The position numbers and the translations under genes are program-made. From positions 147,785 through 211,784 of the IMG/VR virus record IMGVR_UViG_3300044633_003049: 64,000 nucleotides of DNA. One strand, 5' to 3'. Shown piece after piece: positions 58,054 to 64,000 of the stretch. The number at the start of each line of letters is the position of its first letter. Position 1 is the stretch's first letter. Below the pieces are notes generated by a model. The model did no database searches, had not been told where the DNA came from, and worked only from the letters and a program-made list of their open reading frames with translations.

Positions 58054-58256
58054 AAGACGAGGATGGAGAAGATGTTACCGAGGTAAACATTTTCAAATAT
58101 GAAATTATAAAAATGTGTTTAGATAGAGTGTTGGCCGAGTTTGAACAAGTAGATGAAGAACTTGGTGAATTCGCACAAAACAATACAACCACATCATTTA
58201 AAATTGCATTTAACACACTAATAAAAAATCAAATATTAATAGAAGACGATGAGTAA
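57975..58256 (+). CDS. Hypothetical protein
   Basis: 93-aa ORF overlapping the upstream gene by 79 nt and coupled to the next gene. Confidence 0.6.
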   Translation: MVEIFGKIYYIDLDGVTDKCRTGKNIKDEDGEDVTEVNIFKYEIIKMCLDRVLAEFEQVDEELGEFAQNNTTTSFKIAFNTLIKNQILIEDDE

Positions 58257-59313
58257 TAACGAAAACATAGAAAAATTAGAATCTGCTTTAGGTAGATTAA
58301 ATAACAATGAAAGTGTTGTTTATTTTTTAACATACGACACTAAAACAAATGCAAGAGCATCAGTAAAATACATTTACGATTTAGCATTAACACTTAATAG
58401 AAATGGTAGAAAATCCAAAATTTTAGTTGAAGATAAAAACTATGTTGGGGTTAGTTCTTGGTTAAGTGAAGAATATAGTGAATTAGAGATTGTATCTATC
58501 AAAGAAGATAAAGTTGAAATTAAAATTGAAGATGTCTTAGTTGTTCCCGAGTATTACGGAAACACATTACAACAATTATCAAACATTAGATGTATTAAAG
58601 TTTTATTGATACAACAAAAAGAATATATGTTTGAGACATTACCAATTGGTAGTAGGTATAGTGAATATGGATTTGATAAAGTTATTACCACAACTGAAAG
58701 TGCAAAAAAATACATTTTAGATTACTTCCCTGAAAGTTTAGTGTATATTATTCCGCCAATTATTGGAGATAATTTTAAACCAATTAATTTACCATTAAAA
58801 CCTTATGTGGCAATCAGTTGTAGAGATAGAGCGGTACATAGAAAATTAATTTCTGAATTTTATTTGAAGTTCCCACAATTGCGTTGGATTACTTTTAGAG
58901 ATATGGTTCAGATGTCTTATGATGAGTTTTCGTCAAACTTAAAGGAATGTATGGTATCGGTATGGGTTGATGATGAAAGTACGTTTGGTACATTCCCATT
59001 AGAATCTATGAAATGTGGGGTTCCTGTAGTCGGTAAAATTCCTGACACTGAACCAGATTGGTTAAGTGAAAATGGTATGTGGACATACGATGGTAATAAG
59101 TTAGTTGAATTATTAGGTACCTATATTTTAGCGTGGATTGAGGGTATTGAATTAACTGACGAAGTTAAAGATAAAATGAAAGAAACGTTATTACCTTATG
59201 ACACCGAAATTACAAAAAATAATATTTTATCAATATTTGGTTCATTAATAAATAAAAGAGTTGATTCTATTCAATCGGCATTAGACAAATTAAAACAAGA
59301 AGAAACAGTATAA
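58249..59313 (+). CDS. Glycosyltransferase-like protein, GT-B fold
   Basis: DVLVVPE, DDESTFGTFPLESMKCGVPVVG (GT4-type acidic-x7-E signature). Confidence 0.7.
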   Translation: MSNNENIEKLESALGRLNNNESVVYFLTYDTKTNARASVKYIYDLALTLNRNGRKSKILVEDKNYVGVSSWLSEEYSELEIVSIKEDKVEIKIEDVLVVPEYYGNTLQQLSNIRCIKVLLIQQKEYMFETLPIGSRYSEYGFDKVITTTESAKKYILDYFPESLVYIIPPIIGDNFKPINLPLKPYVAISCRDRAVHRKLISEFYLKFPQLRWITFRDMVQMSYDEFSSNLKECMVSVWVDDESTFGTFPLESMKCGVPVVGKIPDTEPDWLSENGMWTYDGNKLVELLGTYILAWIEGIELTDEVKDKMKETLLPYDTEITKNNILSIFGSLINKRVDSIQSALDKLKQEETV

Positions 59314-59314
59314 T

Positions 59315-60094
59315 ATGAAAAATATAACAGTAATTTTACCTTTACATAAATTAGATGATGATTATAAAGTTATGTTAAATAACGCGTTATCGTCTATCGA
59401 GGATTTCCACAATGATGTTAAAGTGTCAATTGTTTGTCCAAGTAAATTAAAAAAAGATTTAGAGAATCTTTCTGAAAAATTAGAAATTGAAATTGTGGTT
59501 AATAAAGGTGAAACAGATTTTTGTTCACAAGTTAATTTAGGTATTGAGAAATGTGATACTGAATGGTTTACTATTTTAGAGGTTGATGATGAATTTAGAC
59601 CTATTTGGTTAAAATCAATCAACGATTATATGAAAATTTATAAAGATGTTGATGTATTTTTACCTATTGTAAGAGACATTAATACTGATGGTAAATTTGT
59701 AAGTTTTACAAATGAATCAGCTTGGGCATATGGTTTTACTGAAATGCAAGGATTCATTGACAATGAAGTATTATTAGATTTCCAAAATTATCAAATAAGT
59801 GGTGGTTTATATAGAACCCAAGTTATTAAGGATAACGGTAGTTTAAAAGAAAATATCAAATTAACATTCGCATACGAATTCTTTTTAAGATTAACACACA
59901 ATGGTATTAGGGTCATGACAGTTCCTAAAATCGGTTATCAACATGTAAACTTAAGAGAAGACTCATTATTTTGGGATTACAAGAATAATGAAAAACAAAA
60001 ACTGTCAGAAAATGAGGTTAAATTTTGGTTGGAAACTGCCAAAAAAGAATTCTTTTTTAAGAATAAACGAGATGTAAATTATGAAACAGTTTAA
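59315..60094 (+). CDS. Glycosyltransferase family 2 (GT-A fold)
   Basis: ITVILP, NLGIEKCDTEWFTILEVDD, YEFFLRL....IRV..VPKIGYQH. Confidence 0.85.
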   Translation: MKNITVILPLHKLDDDYKVMLNNALSSIEDFHNDVKVSIVCPSKLKKDLENLSEKLEIEIVVNKGETDFCSQVNLGIEKCDTEWFTILEVDDEFRPIWLKSINDYMKIYKDVDVFLPIVRDINTDGKFVSFTNESAWAYGFTEMQGFIDNEVLLDFQNYQISGGLYRTQVIKDNGSLKENIKLTFAYEFFLRLTHNGIRVMTVPKIGYQHVNLREDSLFWDYKNNEKQKLSENEVKFWLETAKKEFFFKNKRDVNYETV

Positions 60095-60793
60095 ATGCCG
60101 AGACCACGAACCCAAAAAATATACTTTGGTGAGGATCAAGAAAAAGCCGTCGTTAATTACCTAGAGAGTACTGACGAAGACGAAAGAAACAAAATATTCA
60201 ATGAGTTTTTAAGAGAACCATTAGTTATTATGGTTGAAAGTATTATTAGAAGATATAAATTATATAGGAAGGATATGGAATTTGAAGAAATTCACACCGA
60301 CACTATGTCTTTTTTAATCACCAAAATTAATAAATTTGACCACACAAAGAACACTAAAGCGTATTCATACTTTGGAACTATCTGTAAAAACTACCTTATG
60401 GGAGCAATACAGAAAGACACTAAAGAACAGAATAGACAAGTATCTTATGATGACATATCATCTGACATTGAAGATAGAAAAGATTTGTCTTATGTTATTG
60501 ATGAACATATTATTGATTATCAAAGTGTTATAATTAAATTAACCATTTCTTTAGAAAACTTTATTGAGAAGGAAAACCTAACGGAAAACGAACAAAAATT
60601 GGGATATGCCTTGTTAGAGATTTTTAGCAATTTTGATAAAATATTCCAAGTTGGGGATGGTAATAAATTCAATAAGAACCTTATCTTACTCTCATTACGA
60701 GAAATGACCTCATTATCCACAAAAGAGATTAGAGTATCCCTAAAACGTTTTAAAAAGATGTATGACGGTATTTTGGTTGGATTTTTAGAATAA
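60095..60793 (+). CDS. Sigma-70-like factor, T4 gp55-like late sigma candidate
   Basis: Region-2-like KINKFDHTKNTKAYSYFGTICKNY; N-terminal KIYF. Confidence 0.7.
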   Translation: MPRPRTQKIYFGEDQEKAVVNYLESTDEDERNKIFNEFLREPLVIMVESIIRRYKLYRKDMEFEEIHTDTMSFLITKINKFDHTKNTKAYSYFGTICKNYLMGAIQKDTKEQNRQVSYDDISSDIEDRKDLSYVIDEHIIDYQSVIIKLTISLENFIEKENLTENEQKLGYALLEIFSNFDKIFQVGDGNKFNKNLILLSLREMTSLSTKEIRVSLKRFKKMYDGILVGFLE

Positions 60794-60807
60794 ATCTATT
60801 TATTGAT

Positions 60808-61185
60808 ATGAGAACACAAAGAAACAATATTACTTTAGATGTTGATTCGGCGTTAGCCCTAATGCAGGAAATCTATAACGATGTTGTAGAGAATAGAAAT
60901 ACTGCGTCCCAAATTTTGAGAAAAATGATGGGATTTATGAAGGACGCTGAAGATATGAGTACAATTGGACCTGTTATTAAAGAACAACAGAAGATTTTAA
61001 ACGATTGTACCGAGAAGAAAATTTCATTAGTTAAATTACAAAGTTTACTATTAAAACAAACTACAGGTGGTGGTAATGGAGGTGGACCAATGGGTAAACT
61101 TACATTATCGGATGAAGATAGGGAGTTATTAGATAAACTGGTAAATGATGGTTCAGATAATAAACCAAGTAATTATTCATTATAA
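60808..61185 (+). CDS. Hypothetical coiled-coil protein
   Basis: 125 aa, TATTTAT upstream. Confidence 0.7.
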   Translation: MRTQRNNITLDVDSALALMQEIYNDVVENRNTASQILRKMMGFMKDAEDMSTIGPVIKEQQKILNDCTEKKISLVKLQSLLLKQTTGGGNGGGPMGKLTLSDEDRELLDKLVNDGSDNKPSNYSL

Positions 61186-63242
61186 TGTCATCATTAAACG
61201 ATAAATTAAGCGATCCAGCTTTTCAACAGAAATCAATAGAACAACCAGAAAAAGGACAACCCACTCCCAAAATATCTAAAACAAAGGTTTTAATTGCTAG
61301 AATTAAAGGGAAAATTCAGGCTGTTAAGGAATTTACCGAAAAGTATAACAATGCAATAGATGAGGATGGTTTTGGGGGTATTATTGATTTTAATGGAGAT
61401 GGTCCATTACTTGCGGATGCAAAAAGAAAAATAAAGAAAAAATTTACAGATTTAAAAACTAAACTGCAGAAAAAAAAAGATGCTGGAAAATTAAAAACCG
61501 ATATTTTTAGTCAAATTATTGATTTAGTTGATACTTTTTTAAATAAAAAAAAATCTACAACTTTTACTGTTAAAAAAACTTACGGGTCTAAATTAACAAC
61601 ACAAAACTTTGTGTCTAAAGACAGATTACATTTTTTAGCACATGAAGCCATTAATACAACAATAACGTCTTCTAAAAATATTGTGATGGATAACGTTAAA
61701 AATATCCTTTTTGCTGGAGACGGTATTTGTGGATCATCGACTCCAATCACGGGTAGTACGTTATTCATACGACCTGGTGAATTTGATTTTATGAATATTT
61801 TGACAATAAACCCAACTAGTAATAGTGGTCAAATTGTCTATGAACCACAAAATCCATCAAGGAATTTAATTAAAATGAATCGTACATTATATTCTACCTT
61901 TACAGCAACAGGAACTACATCGGTTGAAGCATCTGACGGAAAAAAACTATTTGACTTAGAATGGGTGGAAGCAGATCAAGAATTTAAATTAGATAATTTG
62001 TCAGGTGTTGTCACCTTGGCACAAACAGGTGCTACGGTTGGTGGTTTTTTTAATGATTATTATAGTAATATTGAACAGTTAGATTTGTCGGCAGTGGTCA
62101 AAACTGCAACGATGATGGTATTGAAAGGTGATAAATCTGAACCCCCGTTATTTGATATTGGTATGAATGATTTAAATAGATTACTAAATAAATTGATGAA
62201 AGTTTGTAATAACCCAAGTCAAGGATTAAATCAAAGTGCGGAAAATCAATTTAATGAAGACGATGAAGATATTGAATCTTATTTTGATTTTGACGATATG
62301 GAAGGTATTGATTTAGACGACGAGGCGAATAGATTCAATAAAGTTTTAAAATTTACAGATTGTAATAATTTTACAATACCATCAAATCCATCACACTATG
62401 AAGATTTTGTGTATCTTTCAAAAAACAATTTAGATGATGCAGTAAATGACGTCTTTTTAAATACTGCAACAACATCATATCAAGAAGCTGGTGGAACAAT
62501 ACCATTAGTTAATTTTCAAATATCGTTATTCAATAGTTATATTTTAAACTTACCTAAAGCATTGATTGGTTCTATTTTATCACCAAAGTATATTTTACCA
62601 ATTGTAATAATTTATAAATATATAAATTCAACGGGAGGTAATGTTGTTTTATTGGCAAAAGAAATAATGAAAAAATTACATAAATTGTTTTTCAAAATAA
62701 TTAAGGATATTTTATGGAAATTTATAAGTGAGTTTTGGAAATTAGTTAAAAAAGATTTACTTGAATTTTTAAAAATTACAGCGTGGAACATATTAAAAGA
62801 AAAAATTAAAAAATATAGAGATTATATTCTTTCTGTTATAAATTTATTACGTGGACTGTTGGACACAAAGCTTAATAACTGTAATGCATTATTTACTGTG
62901 ATTGATAAAACAATAGATGCTGCATTATTTGGGGGACCTAATTTTCAAGTTCCTGGTATTATTGATTCCTACGCTGATAAAAAATCAGGATTTAGTAATA
63001 CTAGAACTATTATCAATATCGTGAAACAATTAGAAAAACAAGGTATAAATGCATCCCAACCAATATTTGGTAAAGATAATAACTTATTAAATGTTTTGGC
63101 AACAACAGTCCAACAACACACTAAAGAAGTAAATAATAACTCTTACATGCACGGTTCAAATAAACCGATAACGGTGCCTGTTATTAATGGAGTGGCGGTA
63201 ATAGCACGAGGAGCACTTAAAGTCACTGGAGGACTAGCATAA
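61185..63242 (+). CDS. Hypothetical virion protein
   Basis: 685 aa, upstream of the spike gene; hydrophobic helical C-terminal half. Confidence 0.65.
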   Translation: MSSLNDKLSDPAFQQKSIEQPEKGQPTPKISKTKVLIARIKGKIQAVKEFTEKYNNAIDEDGFGGIIDFNGDGPLLADAKRKIKKKFTDLKTKLQKKKDAGKLKTDIFSQIIDLVDTFLNKKKSTTFTVKKTYGSKLTTQNFVSKDRLHFLAHEAINTTITSSKNIVMDNVKNILFAGDGICGSSTPITGSTLFIRPGEFDFMNILTINPTSNSGQIVYEPQNPSRNLIKMNRTLYSTFTATGTTSVEASDGKKLFDLEWVEADQEFKLDNLSGVVTLAQTGATVGGFFNDYYSNIEQLDLSAVVKTATMMVLKGDKSEPPLFDIGMNDLNRLLNKLMKVCNNPSQGLNQSAENQFNEDDEDIESYFDFDDMEGIDLDDEANRFNKVLKFTDCNNFTIPSNPSHYEDFVYLSKNNLDDAVNDVFLNTATTSYQEAGGTIPLVNFQISLFNSYILNLPKALIGSILSPKYILPIVIIYKYINSTGGNVVLLAKEIMKKLHKLFFKIIKDILWKFISEFWKLVKKDLLEFLKITAWNILKEKIKKYRDYILSVINLLRGLLDTKLNNCNALFTVIDKTIDAALFGGPNFQVPGIIDSYADKKSGFSNTRTIINIVKQLEKQGINASQPIFGKDNNLLNVLATTVQQHTKEVNNNSYMHGSNKPITVPVINGVAVIARGALKVTGGLA

Positions 63243-63245
63243 TAT

Positions 63246-63446
63246 ATGGAAAAAGAAAAAATTATAGAAATAGTATATGACGTTGAAAATAAATCAAATA
63301 AAGATTTATTCATTGTCGTTAATGAATTATACGAAGAATTTGAAAAGACAAAACAATTAATAATTGATTTAACAAGACATATGGAGAGTGTTGAAAGTTC
63401 ATATAATAAAGTTAATAAAGAAATTGAAAAAAGGATTAAGAAATGA
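63246..63446 (+). CDS. Small coiled-coil protein
   Basis: 66 aa; stop overlaps the next ATG (ATGA). Confidence 0.65.
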   Translation: MEKEKIIEIVYDVENKSNKDLFIVVNELYEEFEKTKQLIIDLTRHMESVESSYNKVNKEIEKRIKK

Positions 63447-64000
63447 AAATAATTGATATCGCCATTTGTGTTGATAATAATGACCCAAAAGGTATTGGTC
63501 GTATTCGTGCAGTTAGGTATAGTTCATATACGGGTGAGTTAGAAAAGGCTTTTGATTATAATGCTTGGGATGACAAGGATTTATTTACCGCAATTCCATT
63601 TTTACCGACAAATTTAAATTTCATTCCTGAAAAAGGACAATCAGTTAAAATTATAAATTACGACACTGATAAAGATACTGTGAATTTGGAATATATTGCT
63701 GGCCCATTTACGACTGTTCATGATTATAATGGACAAACACATTCGGCACAACTTGAAAATACAACATACGGTATTGCAGCGAAACACGGTGAAGATGTTA
63801 AAGATAAAGACGGAAATTATATTAAACCAAAATCTAATGGTTCGTTAGCAAAAAATACTGATTATGGTGTTTATGGAAAATATGGTTCTGATGTTATTTT
63901 TACAGAAAATGGTGTGAATATTAGAGGTGGTAAATTGTTAAGTAAATCATTTGCAACAAGTGCACAAAAAAAGACATTATTGTCACATCCGATAATGTCG
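63443..64000 (+). CDS. Baseplate spike/hub protein with gp5/VgrG OB-fold N-terminus, truncated by the window edge (not in ORF track)
   Basis: MKIIDIAICVDNNDPKGIGRIRAVRY...AIPFLP....FIPEKGQSVKII matches the gp5 N-terminal OB motif. Confidence 0.75.
   Translation, partial: MKIIDIAICVDNNDPKGIGRIRAVRYSSYTGELEKAFDYNAWDDKDLFTAIPFLPTNLNFIPEKGQSVKIINYDTDKDTVNLEYIAGPFTTVHDYNGQTHSAQLENTTYGIAAKHGEDVKDKDGNYIKPKSNGSLAKNTDYGVYGKYGSDVIFTENGVNIRGGKLLSKSFATSAQKKTLLSHPIMS

Noticed and set aside
477-61768. The many 60-250 aa ORFs lying antisense to or nested in long genes (for example 11247..11885, 32911..33654, 47739..48200)
   Set aside because: Fully overlapped by well-supported genes and carry no recognisable motifs; expected antisense ORFs in biased codon usage
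1-64000. Stop-codon reassignment as in some jumbo phages
   Set aside because: Conserved enzymes and structural genes are full length under the standard code, with tight packing and no fragmentation at TAG or TGA
1-64000. tRNA, rRNA, reverse transcriptase/DGR, integrase or transposase
   Set aside because: No T-loop GTTCGA cloverleafs or catalytic motifs were noticed by eye; tRNAscan and HMM searches would be needed to exclude them fully

Overview
This window is 64 kb of an AT-rich jumbo/mega myophage genome with a contractile tail. It is T4-like in gene content and reads in the standard genetic code. A Bacteroidota host is probable, judged from A-rich, SD-less start regions and a DUF4494-like gene. 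The left ~41 kb is almost all minus strand. It carries tail fibre, baseplate wedge/hub, tape measure, tail chaperone, tube, sheath and neck genes, interrupted by a replication cassette (class II RNR, DnaB-like helicase, 5'-3' exonuclease, RecA/UvsX, gp32-like SSB). The right part carries an SNF2-like helicase, an orphan PD-(D/E)xK-like gene, a gp13-like neck protein, a family B DNA polymerase, a LamG protein and putative head-internal proteins including a WYL protein. It ends with three glycosyltransferases, dUTPase, PhoH, a gp55-like sigma factor and the start of a gp5/VgrG-like spike. Strongest leads: (1) an (S/T)-G-x-T tetrapeptide strongly enriched in outer virion proteins and nearly absent from enzymes and luminal proteins, in a genome with three glycosyltransferases (candidate virion glycosylation system); (2) a G/GT-type tail chaperone frameshift into the +1 frame at UUU_UUU_CGA; (3) an unannotated ribbon-helix-helix gene with a repeat operator array divergent from the sheath gene; (4) a TATTTAT motif upstream of 16 genes, paired with a candidate late sigma factor. 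No tRNA, rRNA, CRISPR array, intron or intein was recognised. All family assignments come from motifs read by eye, not from database searches.
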